NCBI GenBank assembly: GCA_028023455.1
Contig: JAQFVV010000003.1
Span: 19,034,001-19,098,000 of the forward strand
Source: Epiperipatus broadwayi
Lineage: Eukaryota; Animalia; Onychophora
Direction: 5' to 3'
Length of the DNA: 64,000 nucleotides
The translations under genes were made by a program, and so were the position numbers. Position 1 is the stretch's first letter. Every line of letters begins with the position of its first letter. The notes under the pieces were generated by a model. The model was not told where the DNA came from and did no database searches. It saw nothing but the letters and a program-made list of their open reading frames with translations. This document shows positions 23,942 to 38,709 of this stretch, piece after piece.

Positions 23942-26900
23942 ATGGAAAAGTGAACTTTAATAGTTATTTTAAAACAATAAGAAAGCAAACCCTTTAGATG
24001 AGAAGTTTAGTTGAAGGAACTTTGCAGATAAACAAGGTATGTAATTAAAAAGTATTCAGGCTGCAAAGATAATTAATCGAACTAAGAATTAAGTCTAAAT
24101 CCCTACTGCACGTGAACTGGGAGTGATTGATCCGACTAGGTCGGATAAAATGTGACCAATCAAATCCAGGAAATGAGCAGAATGGAAAATGAGTGCAATG
24201 TAAAAAATTTGGGACATTAATAACTTGAAGCTCTACCACTGCAGATGGACTTTTAAAAAGGCGCTGAACATCGCTTTATACAGCACAGTATCTTCAGAGC
24301 GGACTGCTCGCATCAGAACGTCCGTCAGCATAGGGACTGTAAAGCAGGTCATATCGATTCTTTACTATAGTTTTTGTATGCCTTCGGGCTTTATGGCATA
24401 AATGTATAATTATATTAATGTGTCTGTGTAATTATATTTAATGTATAATTAATATTTCTTTTCCTCATGTTTTGTAATTAAAATTGCACTTACTAATTCC
24501 ACTACCGTTAGTCTTATTGGGTTATAAATATTGTGTACCTATATAGGCAGGGTAAGGTTAGTCCCCTGCATAGATTGTTCATCAGCAGGTATTATAACTG
24601 GTGGACATATCATTTGGCGCAGTCGAGTACAAACCTAGTTAAAACTAGTGGCGTGCATTAAAATTGCTGTTATTCGCCATTTACTCAAGCAGGAAATTTA
24701 TTAAGTACAGTGGTCTAGGTATAATGGATAAATTGAATATGGCCATTAGTGAATTCGATGTAAATGAGACGAGCAGTTGGCCATTGTATGTCGAACATAT
24801 AGAAAAATATCTCTTCATTAATAGTCGAAGATGATAAGTACAAAATAGCCACCGTATTGTTTTGTGGGTAAAATAGTTATAGAAATCGTTTAGTAGCATC
24901 TTTAACCCCTGATGCTCATACGATTTCAAAAAGCGATTGGGTAATTATTTTAACCCCACTCCTTCACATCATGTTGCTAGACTGCAGTACCACCACCATC
25001 TATAAGCTAGAAATGAAACGATCAAGGATTTTGATTGTGCAGTGCAAATGTTAGCTAAAAACTGTGTGTATGATTCTTACCTAGATGACTCTCTCCTTGA
25101 ACAGTTAAAGACAGGCATAAACAGCGACATCTTGCATCAACAGTTACTGTCGATAACAAATCTCGATTATACGGCAGCAATCAAACGTAACAAAGCCTAT
25201 GAGCTCGTTTTGGAACAATCCAACAAATATGCAGAATTCAATAAGGGGAAAATAAGCAGACCAAAGTTTACAAAATTTTCAAAACAGTGAAATAGAAATC
25301 ACAAAAAATAATGAAAGAAATGGCAATAGCAAGGAAGATAGCAATAATAGTAGAAAGCCTGTTATCAGTTTTTGTTGTGAAAAAAGAACATAAAGCCACT
25401 AATTGCTATTTTAGATGCAAACAATATAAATTATGTAATAAGAAGGGGCATAGACAAAACATGTTGGAAAGGAAAAAATGAAACCCTACACACAAAAAAC
25501 AGTCCTATCTGTAAATTGCAGGGAAAGAAAAACAGTTTACAATGATCAATAATACAGTGACAAATCATAATGATAAAATAATTATAAAAGTGAAAAGACA
25601 GTGGGAACAGTATAAACCTGATTTCACTACGCAATTGGCAGACTGTTACAGCAAATTGTAAGCAAAAACCTGCAATAGTAAAAACTGATACGAAAGCGTT
25701 ATGACGTAAATGGCAATGCTATTAAAATAAAGGGCATGGTTAAAGCTCAAGTAAACAGTCAGGGAAAAAATTGTCAATTTACCGCTATACATAGTACACG
25801 CCTGGTAAACCCATTAACCGGCCATGAGTGGTTTAACAATTTAGGGATTAGATTGACATTTGTACAAAAGGTCGAGTTAGAAAAATTAATGGAAAATAAA
25901 TTTCCAAATTTATTTAATGGGGAGCCAGGAATTACTAAAACTACACCGGTATCATTACAAATGAGCACATCAGCGCTACCCATAATTTGCAAACCTAGAA
26001 AGGTATCATTTGCCCAGAAGATAAAAGTAGAAAAAGAAATTGACGACATCATCAAGAAAAGGGTGTTGAAACCCACTGAAATCAGATTGGGCCACCTCAG
26101 TAGTCATCATAACTAAACCTAATGGTCAGATACGCTTGTGTGAGGATTACGGGGTAATGGTAAATAAAGCATTAAACAAGAGCATCTACCCTGTACCAAA
26201 CGCTAGAGAACTGATTGCTTCATTACAAAAATTTAATTTCTTTGTGAAGTTAGACCTTAACGCTGCATTCCATCAAATACCAGTTACCGAGGAAGCGTCT
26301 AGGATAATATCACTACGCATGTTGGGCTATACAAATGTTAAAGACTATCACTCGGAATAACGTCGGCCCCTGCATATTTCAGTCGGAAATCAAAACCCTC
26401 CTAAACGGATTGGATGGGGAAATACCATATTTTGATGACATCCTAGTAACAGCAACCAAAGACAAAGAACTTAGAAGCCAAATAGATATGTGAACAGCTA
26501 AATGAATTTAGCGCAAAGCTGAATACTCAAAAATGCATTTGGAAAACTAAGGAAATTAAATTCCTGGGCCACATTATATCGAGAAGTGGCACATCCCCTT
26601 CCCCAGAAAAAGCTAAATCAGTAGCAGAAGCACCAAGACTCACAAACGTGAAGCAACTACAAGCTTTCCTAGACTTCAATTTTTTTGAAATCTTTTTAAA
26701 AGGAAAAGCCCAAGTGGCCATTCCTTTATACAATCTGCTGAGGAAAAACTAAAAATGGAAATGGGATGAGCACGAAGAAGCAGCATTTATTCTCACTAAA
26801 GTGCTGCTGACGTCAGAGAAATTATTAGTACATTATAACAGTGATCTGAAAATTATTTTGACCACCAACACATCTGAATTTGGGGTGGGACAGTACTAAG

Positions 26901-29900
26901 TCACCCAGCCCAGTAAGAAGAGAGACCCATAGCATATGCTTCACGCACATTGTCCAAGGCAGAAAAAAAAACTATAGCCAGTTGGACAAGGAAGCCCTCG
27001 CAATTTTGTTTGGAATGAAAAAATTCCAATATCTATATGGGAGGAAATTTACTATTATAACAGACCACAAACCTCTGCTGGGGATATTTGGAAATAAGCA
27101 TGCACCTGACCACTTAAGCCCGCAAATGGTGTTGGCATAACATTCTCGCGTGCTGTTAGTCTGGAATGCAAAATGGGAAAACAAATTGGGCATGCAGATG
27201 CGTTTTCACACATGCCCGATCTTTGTGAAGCACCAGTATTAGAAAGAGAAATAAATTATATAGATGTACTTCAGAAGCAAAACTTAAATAGCAAAATTGT
27301 ACCTCGATGGACAAATGACGGCTATCAGTGGATAATAAATAAGATCAGAGGATGGCCGAACAAACGTCCAAGTTTTCTCAGACAATTATGGAACGCTCAT
27401 GAACAGTTATCGGTATGTAAAGGCTGCATTCTGAGGGTTGACCAAGTGCTGAAACATGTGGTCGGGAGACAACATATACTAATTTGCTGCATTATGAGGA
27501 CAAAAGCCCTAGCCTGTAGCCTTATATGGTGGCCAAACATCAATGGCGACTTAGAAAGATATATAAAGAAATGTGAGAATTGCCAGCAGTGCACTAAGGC
27601 ACCCCTGCCAACTTTTGAAACATGGCCAAAATACAGACCACTGTCCTCCACTTGAAGGCCATTTATTTCTAGTTGTAGCCTACTCTTATTCAGGGTGGGC
27701 TGAGTATAAAATAATGAAAAATATCAGCACTGATGTAACAGTTGGCACTTTGTATGAGATTTTTGCTAATCATGGGTTCCCAGAAACTTTAGTCCCAGAT
27801 AATGGAACAGGTTTCACATCAAAAAAGTTTGCAGAGGCAAATGCAAGAATGGGGGGGGGGGGAGTTACCACCCCCAATCAAATAGACTGGCTGAGAGCAG
27901 TGCAAAGCCTAAAGTCAGCTATAAAAAAAATGGGGAAAACAAAAATTCACGAAGCCACCAGCATTCTATCCCAGTGGCCAAATCAGGAAAATCACCAGCG
28001 GACATATTTAGGCAGAAAACTACCAACGAAACTTGCAAAAATAGTGACAACAAAACAATGTGATAAATAACAGTTGTTGTACAAATTCCAGCCACAAGAG
28101 TGTGGGTAAAGGACACACTAAGAAATCAATGGCTACCACAAGTTATTCACCATCTGTCAAAACAAAACATGACAGTTCACAGACGATGGGAAGATAAAAA
28201 AACATGTGAACCAGCTATTGAGAAATGAAAGTGACGACTGGATTCCAAATGTAGGCACAACAGAAACTAACGAGACACTAAATAATGATACCAAATGGGA
28301 AATTTGCGCCACCCAAGAAACTGATCTTCAATTTAATACTTGGTCTACAGAGAAGTCACCACTACAAATGGGAAATAGTTCACAAGAACTACTAAAAAGG
28401 AAAATAAAAATCCCCAAATATTTGAATAATTATATTCTAGGTTCAAGGACTAATAAATAATCTTCGAACTTGGGGGAAGTATTGTTATGTGTGTGTATAA
28501 TTAAAACACACATACACGCAAAGTAATAATAATAAATGTTGTAAATGTGAATTTAATATTTAAACGTATGTACGTGTATATAATTTATCCCACATACATA
28601 AGTTATATACACATGAAGGATAAAAAATACTTCTTTATGAAAAAGCGAATTTTAATAGTTGTGTTATTTTAGAATAGTAAGAAAGCAAATCCCTTTAGAT
28701 GAGAAGTTTAGTTGACGAAGGAACTTTGTAGATAAACAAGGTGTGTAATTAAAAATGAATTCAGGCTGCAAAGATAATTAATCAAACTAAGACTTAAGTC
28801 TAAATCCCTACTGCACGTGAACTGGGAGTGATTGATCCGACCAAGTCAGACAAATGTGAACAATCAAATCCAAGGAATGAAGACCATGGAAAATGAGTGT
28901 AGTGTAAAGAATTTGGGACACTAGTAACTTGAAGCTCTACTGCTGCAGATGGATTTTTAAAAGGCACTGAACATCACTTTATATAGCACGGTATTAGAGC
29001 GGACAGCTAGCATCCAAATGTCCAAGCATCAGCATGGGGACTGTAAAGCAGGTCATACCCATCTTTATTAGTTTTTGCATGCCTTCGGATTTTATGGCGT
29101 AAACATATAATTATATTAATGTGTTTGTGTAATTATATTTAATGTATATTTCTTTTGCTCGTGTACTGTAATTAAAATGGCACTTACTAATTCTACCGGC
29201 GTTAGTTTTATTGGGTTATAAATATTGTGTACTTGTATATGCAGGGTAAGGTTACCCACCTGCATAGATTGTCCATCAGTGGTTATTATAACTGGCAGAC
29301 ATATCACAATCAAAACAATACTACATCAAAGATGTGGTATTTAAATCAATATTCAGATTTTTCTTATCTATAAAGGAACTTTAAAAAAAAATCGATAATG
29401 GGGATTAAGTGGGTTTTTTTACAAACAAATAAATCAATTTATGTATTTTGTCAAAATAATACAGGTGATTTTTAGATAATTTTAACATATAAATAATAGC
29501 AACTATTTTTTTAAAATGTTAGCATGATGGGGAAAAGGACGGGTCACCACTATTTCTTATTGTTGTTTCCCCAAATTCTGCAAAACATCTTAATTCAAAA
29601 TTTATATCTAATTTACTGAAAAGAAATGATCATTTTTTTTGTCCAAAATCTGCAAAACAACTTCTTTCTAAAGTAGACATCAAATTTATTCAATATCTTC
29701 AGCAGTGAATGGAGACTGTTCATGACTTCTCCAAATATCAACAAATGTTCCTGAGTGCCTACTAAATAATTACCTGCGCTATGGGATTAGAAAGAGAGAG
29801 AGAAGCAATTTAACTTTTTTTGTAATTCAAAATTTATTTATAAAATAGTATTTATAAATTACTTTACTTAAAACAAAACTAAAATCTTTGATTATTTCAT

Positions 29901-30046
29901 TTATAAATAGTTCACATATTTAACTCCAAAAGTGAACATTTATAACACATTCACACCTGTTTAGATACTATTATAGTTGTGATCTCAGTTTGCATGATCA
30001 ACCATCTGGTTGGCATTGATAGAAGCAATAAAAAATTAATCGAAAG

Positions 30047-33000
30047 TGTAATGAACACAGACGTTCGTTACATTGTTTTTTTTTATTTATTAAACATGAA
30101 AGTAAATTAAAAAGTTCGCATTTAAAAATTTTCTTTAAGAATTAAAAATTGAAATTAAATATCATCTTAAACTCGTATATATTAAATCGCACAGATAAAA
30201 AAAAATTTATTAAAATAAAACTGTATTAAAAATAGAAAAGGTATTTTAAAAACAAAAACTTAATAAGATTTAGAGATAAAAATATATCTTTGATTTGGAA
30301 AACAGGTTAATTAATCAGAAATGGAAATGATTGTTAATTAGTTAAATGTAAACCAGCCTTGGGCATTTAAATGTAAAAACATCGGTCAGATAGGGAAACA
30401 ATAGAAACTTTTAGCAAATGAAATAAATCCATTGGGAAATCGGACCTCAACGAAAAGGATCATCACATCGATGACGTAATGTTAAGTCAATCTTTCAAAG
30501 TAATATAAAAGGACAAGTTTGGAAATTATTAGTTAGTGAGTTATTATGATTATTACGATGTGACAGATAGATGTTAGTGCGGAGGTGCGGGAGAAGAGAT
30601 TGAAGGACGCACGTTCAATCCCTTCAGTTTTGCTAGTAAAGAAAGAGAAATGAACTATCGTTTTTCTACATTGAGGACCAGTTAAAACAAAAACCTCCGG
30701 ATGGATAAATAAATCGGCCAACAGAATATCAATCTTAGGACGGCGTGGGAATTCACGTTCATGGCAAGCAACGGAAAAAGATGAACATTTCTAAAACCGT
30801 AAGAACTTTCTAAGATAGATATAACGAACAATATTAATTTGAAAACACTAAGAACTTTAAATTTTAAACTTTCCTAGTATTTAATTGTTACAAATAGAAT
30901 CCTATCTGACCAAACTAAATTCTTTATTAATAGTGTTATTTGATGTATTTTTTTCCTTATTTATGTAAAATCATTTCCATTTATTTATTTTTTATTCTTT
31001 AAGTTTTTATCATGATTTTTTTTTTTTTTTCCGTTAAATTAATTATATAAATGTTAAACTTAAGTCGGGCGTGAATGGCTGTATAGATTTGTAAAGTTAT
31101 ATTAGGGGAGGGTAATCTTGGGTTATTTGTTTCGTGGTTAAATTGGGTCAATGGATTGGATATATTGGTGTGATTAGTAGATGTAATATTGATTCGCTAC
31201 GGGCAGAATTGCTTCATACGCCGCACACTTCCGTTTGCCTATGGAAGGAATTATAAGTCGGATACCGCAGTTCCTTTCTATGGAGTTTTTTGTTTTATTG
31301 CTCTTCTTTGCAGATAGATGTAATATTCCTATCTCATAAGAGGCAATTTCTTCTCTTAACCTTTTGTGCTGCCGTATTTTATTACATTGAATACATCGAT
31401 ATATCAGATAAATTGATGCCAGTTTGACTACGAATTTTAGCCTAAGGTTAAATAGGGATAGAATGTTTATTTTCAAAAGCAAATTTATGTGGTCTATTCA
31501 TACTCGACCCTAAATAAAAATGCAGTAAATTTAAGTTATTGGTGACAATGCAAGTATCTTATGGTGAATACTATTGGGTTACGTATAAATTTCCCTCCGC
31601 AATTGTCAGTAATCAATAATTTTGTATTTTGATCGTTTATGTTTATTTTGAAATGTTTTTGACCATGAAATCTATGTAACCGATCTATATTCAACATTAT
31701 AAACAAGCTTTCATAAATTTATCTGTGCGAACTTAATTAAAATGTAAACTTATAATATAATAGAAATTAAAATGAAAATTAAAATCTAAGGTAAAGTTAA
31801 AAATAATGTTAAATGTTAAAATGTAAAACTAATACTAAAATAATTTTAAATCTTATATATATGTGAAATAAATAAATGTTTGTGTGTTAATTACTGGCAG
31901 TGGCTTATTTTATTTATTTTTTAATGTTGAAATCTAATTAGATAAGATATGATATTATTAAATCTCTGCTACTCCCTGAGCTAGTGACATGGGCTAACGA
32001 CCGGAATCAAAATTTAAAAAAAAAAAAAAAAATTTTTTTTTTTTTTTGACTTTCGTATCTGCCTACTTTATAAATTTTTCTAGGTTCAAATGCCTAGATG
32101 GCGCCCTGTAGTGCAGTTTACGTTAAGTCGCCTTTCTCCGAATCGTTACAAAAAAAAAATCATGATAAAAACTTAAAGAATAAAAAATAAATAAATGGAA
32201 ATGATTTTACATAAATAAGGAAAAAAATACATCAAATAACACTATTAATAAAGAATTTAGTTTGGTCAGATAGGATTCTATTTGTAACAATTAAATACTA
32301 GGAAAGTTTAAAATTTAAAGTTCTTAGTGTTTTCAAATTAATATTGTTCGTTATATCTATCTTAGAAAGTTCTTACGGTTTTAGAAATGTTCATCTTTTT
32401 CCGTTGCTTGCCATGAACGTGAATTCCCACGCTGTCCTAAGATTGATATTCTGTTGGCCGATTTATTTATCCATCCGGAGGTTTTTGTTTTAACTGGTCC
32501 TCAATGTAGAAAAACGATAGTTCATTTCTCTTTCTTTACTAGCAAAACTGAAAGGATTGAACGTGCGTCCTTCAATCTCTTCTCCCGCACCTCCGCACTA
32601 ACATCTATCTGTCACATCGTAATAATCATAATAACTCACTAACTAATAATTTCCAAACTTGTCCTTTTATATTACTTTGAAAGATTGACTTAACATTACG
32701 TCATCGATGTGATGATCCTTTTCGTTGAGGTCCGATTTCCCAATGGATTTATTTCATTTGCTAAAAGTTTCTATTGTTTCCCTATCTGACCGATGTTTTT
32801 ACATTTAAATGCCCAAGGCTGGTTTACATTTAACTAATTAACAATCATTTCCATTTCTGATTAATTAACCTGTTTTCCAAATCAAAGATATATTTTTATC
32901 TCTAAATCTTTTTAAGTTTTTGTTTTTAAAATACCTTTTCTATTTTTAATACAGTTTTATTTTAATAAATTTTTTTTTATCTATGCGATTTAATATATAC

Positions 33001-33128
33001 GAGTTTAAGATGATATTTAATTTCAATTTTTAATTCTTAAAGAAAATTTTTAAATGCGAACTTTTTAATTTACTTTCATGTTTAATAAATAAAAAAAAAC
33101 AATGTAACGAACGTCTGTGTTCGTTACA
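30047..33128. mobile_element. Foldback element with ~980-bp near-identical inverted arms, TGT...ACA termini and a 4-bp TSD (Ginger-like, non-autonomous)
   Basis: Arms ~30047-31025 and ~32150-33128 differ at only a handful of positions. Ends are tgtaatgaacacagacgttcgttaca and tgtaacgaacgtctgtgttcgttaca. aaag flanks both ends (30043-30046, 33129-33132). Confidence 0.85.
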
Positions 33129-34037
33129 AAAGAAATAAAAAAATGCAAAATAATAAAGTAATCCACATCAATTTTAATCATGGTAATGTATGACACATGA
33201 TTACTGTAACAATAAAATTATATATTTTCTTCATTTCAAAATGACACTCTTTTTAATGTTTTTAAAGCAGCAATGAATTTTTAACATTTATTGCTGGGAT
33301 AAACATTGAAAATCATGTCAATTATGAAATGATACTAAAATATTAATGCATTTATTGTGCAAAAAAAAAAACCACAGAAAATATACATTTCATAAAATGT
33401 AGGCAGTTGTAATGTTTCCACTATTTTCACATTATGTATATGTACATATAATTTGTGGTTCGGCTTTTATTTAATACAATTATCATCATCAATTATTTTC
33501 TTGTGAATTAGTTTTTGGAGTGTCTCTTGTTAAGATACTTTGGATTTAATGCACTTCGTGTTATACATTTTTCTCTTTGCAGTTGCATTTCTACTTTTTA
33601 AAAGAGGAGGGGGGGTTACATATATGCATTTTAATTTATAAGTAGACATTTAATACACTTATAATTTTTGGAATGCTTTTCTTGTTAAAAATCTTTAATA
33701 CCTTTCGGCATAAAATATAAAACAAGATTTATTCATTTTGCATTTGGATTCATACTTGCATAAAATTTGTGGATTGATTTTTTTTAACTATTTTAATTTA
33801 CTTATTGCTATTAATAACTTTCTTTTGGATTGTTTTGTATTGCTTTGCCTGCTAAAACAAGATCTACATTCAAAAAATATACCGCATATACATTATATAC
33901 TTTAAAGGATTACTTTATTTAGTTTTGCCATCAACTAATTTCTTATAGCATCCTTTTTGCATTGTTTTGCTTATTAAAAGATTACTTAGTAAATTAAAAA
34001 ATAAATAAATGCATTTTATTTGTTATGAGCTAGTTTC

Positions 34038-35150
34038 TTGATGTGATGTGATGTATTTTGGCTTCTCCTTTAAACGAAGTCAAGAATATCTCAGCAAGTG
34101 TGCCCAGATAAACCTGTTAGCCACTTTATTTTCCATTCCCCACTCTAAGACTTCCCATATTCTGCCCCATCCCATTTCCACAACATAATCTTTGTCAACT
34201 CTATAGCCTTTATATCTAAATCCCCCTTATCTTTTTGCAAACCCAGCATAAAAACCAATAACTCACTTTCTGTATAATCACTTTGTTCATATCTATTCTC
34301 CCATAACTTCATTATCTGTACCCTTTCTGCTTTCAAGCATTTACATTCAATCAACAGATGCCTAATATTTTCTATACCTTCCTTACACAATTTGCACACT
34401 ATATCACCCATAGTTTTCCATTTACATGTATATTCTCTTGTTGCTAAAGATCCCGTTCGAGCCTTAAACAATAAACTACTTTCCTTACTATTATCATAAA
34501 TTAACTCGCATCCAATATTCCGTTTACTTCTATATATATTTAAACTCTTCTTACCCTCCATACTAGTTCTCCATCTCTCCAACTCCCTATTCTTTATTAA
34601 TGCTTTTAACCCATTCCTTATCACTATAACACTCAACAATCCTCCTAACACAATCATCCCACCTTTTATACAAGTATACTGATATAAATTCTTTATCCAA
34701 ATCTTTTGCATACCGCATTAGCTTTCTCACCCATCTTGTTACCTGCCCTTTACTCATAACCCAATTAAACACTATTTTGGCTATCCTTTTACTATCCATA
34801 AACTGAAACCTACCAAACATTTTCATTTTACTTTTTGCATCTCTCATATAAAAACTTGACCATCCCATTTCTCTTTGAATTGCCTCCTTTGCTGTCCACA
34901 TCTCCCTTTGTACTTTCTCTAAATAATCTAAAACCCTTTTACTAACACATAATGCATCATTACCATATGTTAACCCTGCTACTGCAACTTCCTTCCATAC
35001 AATTCTCGCTACATCATATTTATTATATGAAAATACTATTAGTTACTTTACCAAACCCTTTCTTTTCTTTGCTTCATTTACCAATTTTTCCTCCCATTCA
35101 TCCAAGCAATTTTGCTGATTACATGCTTTCTCCTACGTGACACCATCTGG
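34038..35150 (-). mobile_element. 5'-truncated non-LTR retrotransposon, 3' part of ORF2
   Basis: AIQREMGWSSF..MDSKRIAKIVFNW, then SSLLFKARTGSL..CKLCKEGIENIRHLLIEC (C-terminal CCHC-type motif), followed by a (catca)n tail at ~34040-34055. Confidence 0.85.
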
Positions 35151-36013
35151 TGGATAGATGAACTATATTAAAATAGGATACATAATATAAAATATACTAT
35201 ATTGCTTGGTAAATATTTGTCAGTAAACATTGATTGCATATTTACGTAGTTTTATGCAGTAGAAGATAAAAATTAAAAAATTAAACATTTCTATCTAACA
35301 TTATTTAAAAACAATATGAGTTGTATTTTTAAATAAATTCATAATACATTATTAATTTGCAAATTTGAGATTAAAGAGGATTCATATGTAATTGATATAT
35401 GATATGAAACAACTGCACAAATATCTTTAATTTACTGTCACACTATGCTGATGTAATAATTATTAGCATAACATCCTTTACTGTGTGATTAAATTGAATT
35501 GTTTTCACTAGTGCTTTAAGTGCAACAGAGAAAGACAACCCCATTATGGGAGCATCTTACTTATAAATAAACACTAGATTTTGTCATTTATTATAAAAGA
35601 AACTTATACAATATGAAAATGATAAAAATAAAATCAAATAAGCAATGCTTCTCTTGCTTCTGTGAACAACATGCCATTATTACAAATAATAGATGTAATA
35701 AAAATAAAACAGAAAAAGTATAATTAATCACATGTACAGTAATTGCAATTAGATGCAGTATTTTGAATCATGGTATCAAACAGTTACAATGTAAACAAGA
35801 AAAATTTTTATTGTAATTTTTTTTAAATAAAGGTGATTGAAATAATAGATATAATAGCTCCACTTTACATAAGGAAAAAAAATTAGTCATAAGTTAAATA
35901 TTTAGCAATTTATTTGTACTTTAAAACGACAAAGATTTAATTAATTTTTTCCCTACAAATTCCAATGGCATTTCTTTTTTAAAAAAACAACCATTAACTA
36001 TTTCAAAAACAAT

Positions 36014-37742
36014 TTATAAATTATTTGTTCTTCGTTTATAAAAAAGAATATAAGCATTTTCTCGAACATACCTAGAATTACATTCAAATTCCATTGTCAC
36101 TCGAGTTACAGAATTATCATCAAACTTATACCAATTACCATCTTCACATAAACAGATGGTAATATAATGTCCAAAATTTATCTTATTGTTTCCTTTATGA
36201 AGGCAAACAGCATATAAATCATATATACAGTGGTGCTTATGATAGCAGTTCATTGTAGAATACAACTGTAAATTTACCACAGGAAATGAAATAGGTTGTT
36301 GAATTTTTTGAGAAAGTTTAGCATCATAATTGAATTTAAACCGGAGAAGTTGAATTATTAAACAATCTGGTAAGTGCCCAAACATAGTTCTTTTAATAGC
36401 ATCTGTTAAATTAATTGAATCTTGCTTTTTGGGAGTAGATGTTTTTACCATTTCCTCAAAAAATGACTTTTTGGAATCTCCTTCGATATCTGGTATTGGT
36501 GATAGTACTAGATCCAAACTATCATTTAATTTTTTATAATTGTTTATTCTATTATAATGAAAGCTTTTATTAGTCCTATTCTTTAAATTATATTGTGAAA
36601 GAGCTTTTAAAGTAGGTATAAAATTGTTGGGCGTATCTTGTGGATTACAACAATTACAGCGTAAACCATTGGAACCTTCTAAACTTTCACATACTTCTAC
36701 ATGCTGAAGGCAATCTTGTAAATCAACCATTTCAGAATTACTGCTGTTACTAACAATAGGTAACGGTAAGATCATAAACGGAGAAAATCTGATTGTTAAA
36801 TTACGACAAGCTAGACACTGAACACCATCTATAAGTTGACCAATGAAAAGATCATCAACTGGTGAAGAGTTATATTTTTTATGCTTAATCCATTCGATAT
36901 CTGATAATTGTTGAATTGTTTCTATTTTAAATGCATCATCTAAAAAACATGCTTTTTTAAGAGTGATAGTAAATTCTGTTTTTAAATTGCTAATAAAAAC
37001 ATCTGTCCAGCTATTTAATTTAAGCTTACCTTTTAAAATTGATCCTTCATTTGAGATAAGACTTTTCCAAAAAGTATTATCAAAACTATTTAAATTTTTC
37101 TCTTGACGAAGACATGAATGTATAATATCGAAAAGCCATGTAAGAAATTCAGCTACATCTTGTTGTCGTTGTAAACGAGTGTTGGGATTAGCTATTAAAT
37201 TAGGTTTCAGTTTTGATGCAGCTTCATAAAATTTATTGCCGTCTACCGTTTGTGAATTATTCCGATAACATTTTTGTAAAACATTTTGTAACGATAAGAG
37301 GAGAGCATGTTCACATCCAAAAGTAGATGACTGACTAATAGCATCTTCCAGCTTTGATAAAAACTTTGGTGTATGAGTCAAGCACTGAAGTCCAACATTT
37401 ATAAAACAAACATTCTGCCCATTATTACTTAATCCTGATGGAATGCAAACAGCAGCAGAAATTTCTGTGGATATACTGTTGCCATAATTCAAATTGCTTT
37501 TAATTTCACAAGAATGATTATACACATTATTTTCATGAAAGGAACGTGATTCAGAATATTTTTTCACTGCACAGCGAACTGCCGAAATAATCAAGTCTTT
37601 GAGAGTAACAGAAGAAAATAAAAGGGGACCAATAGTCAAGCAAATTAATCCATACGGTGTATATAAAAAATAAAAGAATGAAACAATTGTTATTCCAAGC
37701 ACATATGATTCTTTCCTGTATATTTTATATCTTTCTTGCTCT
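36014..37742 (-). CDS. Ubiquitin-specific protease (peptidase C19/UCH), main coding exon
   Basis: Uninterrupted 562-codon ORF with Cys box GLSNNGQNVCFINVGLQCL, QQDVAEFL, CxxC pairs, His box YDLYAVCLHKG..GHYI..WYKFDD and AYILFY. The frame stays open up to a ttttttag acceptor (exon starts 37742). Hydrophobic N-terminal stretch. Confidence 0.95.
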
Positions 37743-38709
37743 CTAAAAAAAATAAAAAAAATAAATACATTTCAATATATTTATAAATAAAATCATTTTA
37801 ATCAAAATAGTGCTTTTTTGAAATTAAATTCTCTGCCTGACAACAAGTGGACGTAATTAAAATAATAGAGAACTATTTATTATCATTGATTCTTACCGTA
37901 ATAACAATTTACTCCAGATTTATGAGCAATTTATGTAGTTTAAAACTTTAATAGAAGCTGTACATATGCCACAAAATAAAATAAAAAAATTGTAAAAGAT
38001 CCAATCTGAATTTTAGATTCTCAAATCAAAAACAATGCATTTATTATATTTACACCCACATTTTTTTCTAATATCAAAAATAAATCCATACCACTAAGCA
38101 TATTATCATACACATAAGAAATGGTTTTATATCACTTTATAGCAATATCAGAACTGTGGATAGTTGTTTCAAGGTATCTGAAATTAATTCCATATTCAAA
38201 TTAATTTAATTGATGGATGACACTGAATGCACCGACATAAATGTTAAATTAAAAAGACCTTTTTTTTTTTTACTTTCATAATCACCTGTCATTTCTCTTA
38301 ATTAAATTTAATTCAATGCTATAAATTGTCATAGTTGTTTTTAAGTGTTTTTGACTTTAAACTTTTTAAATTAAATTTTATCACCAAGATTAAGAAAATT
38401 GTTTTTAGTAAATAATGTAAAACATTTATAATTTGTTTTTTGAATGCATTTTTTAAATCTTAAGAATGTTTTAGCCAACAAAATAAATGGAATATTTTAG
38501 TATCTTCATACTGTGGATGAATAAGTATACATATACAGTATATAATTGAATATAATCAGAAAACAATGATAAATGTGGTGCAAAATAAGATGAATGGGTA
38601 CAAATTTAACACATTTAGATGTTTAGAGAAGATCAAGCATATTTTAAAATAGATTTTAAATCAATATTTATAATGAGCCTAAGAAATTACAGAACAAAAT
38701 ATGAATTAC

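Larger units (their letters stand above)
22695..29306 (+). mobile_element. Full-length decayed Ty3/Gypsy (Mag-like) LTR retrotransposon
   Basis: 5' LTR 22695-24612 (interrupted) and 3' LTR 28483-29306, both TG...CA. PBS tggcgcagtcgag at ~24615; PPT gggggaag at 28472. TSD caatt (22690-22694) / caatc (29307-29311). gag with decayed tandem CCHC; RT RLCEDY..YPVP..FVKLDLNAAFHQIPV and YFDDILV; RNase [29 protein letters not shown]; integrase WWPNINGD..CENC and GFPETLVPDNG. Many stops and frameshifts. Confidence 0.93.

Noticed and set aside
24285-24350. CTGAAGA followed by a short stem on the minus strand of the Gypsy LTR
   Set aside because: No GAAA or cleavage triplet follows, and the motif is not conserved in the 3' LTR.
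29560-29790. EWRLF-containing peptide resembling a common arthropod DNA-transposon protein
   Set aside because: Only a five-residue match; insufficient to call.
32093-32106. CTCF-like motif cctagatggcgc
   Set aside because: A single motif inside a transposon spacer; agatggcgc is common in mobile elements.
30533-32642. Near-identical 62-aa ORFs at 30533-30721 (-) and 32454-32642 (+)
   Set aside because: A consequence of the inverted arms; non-ATG start and no recognisable domain.
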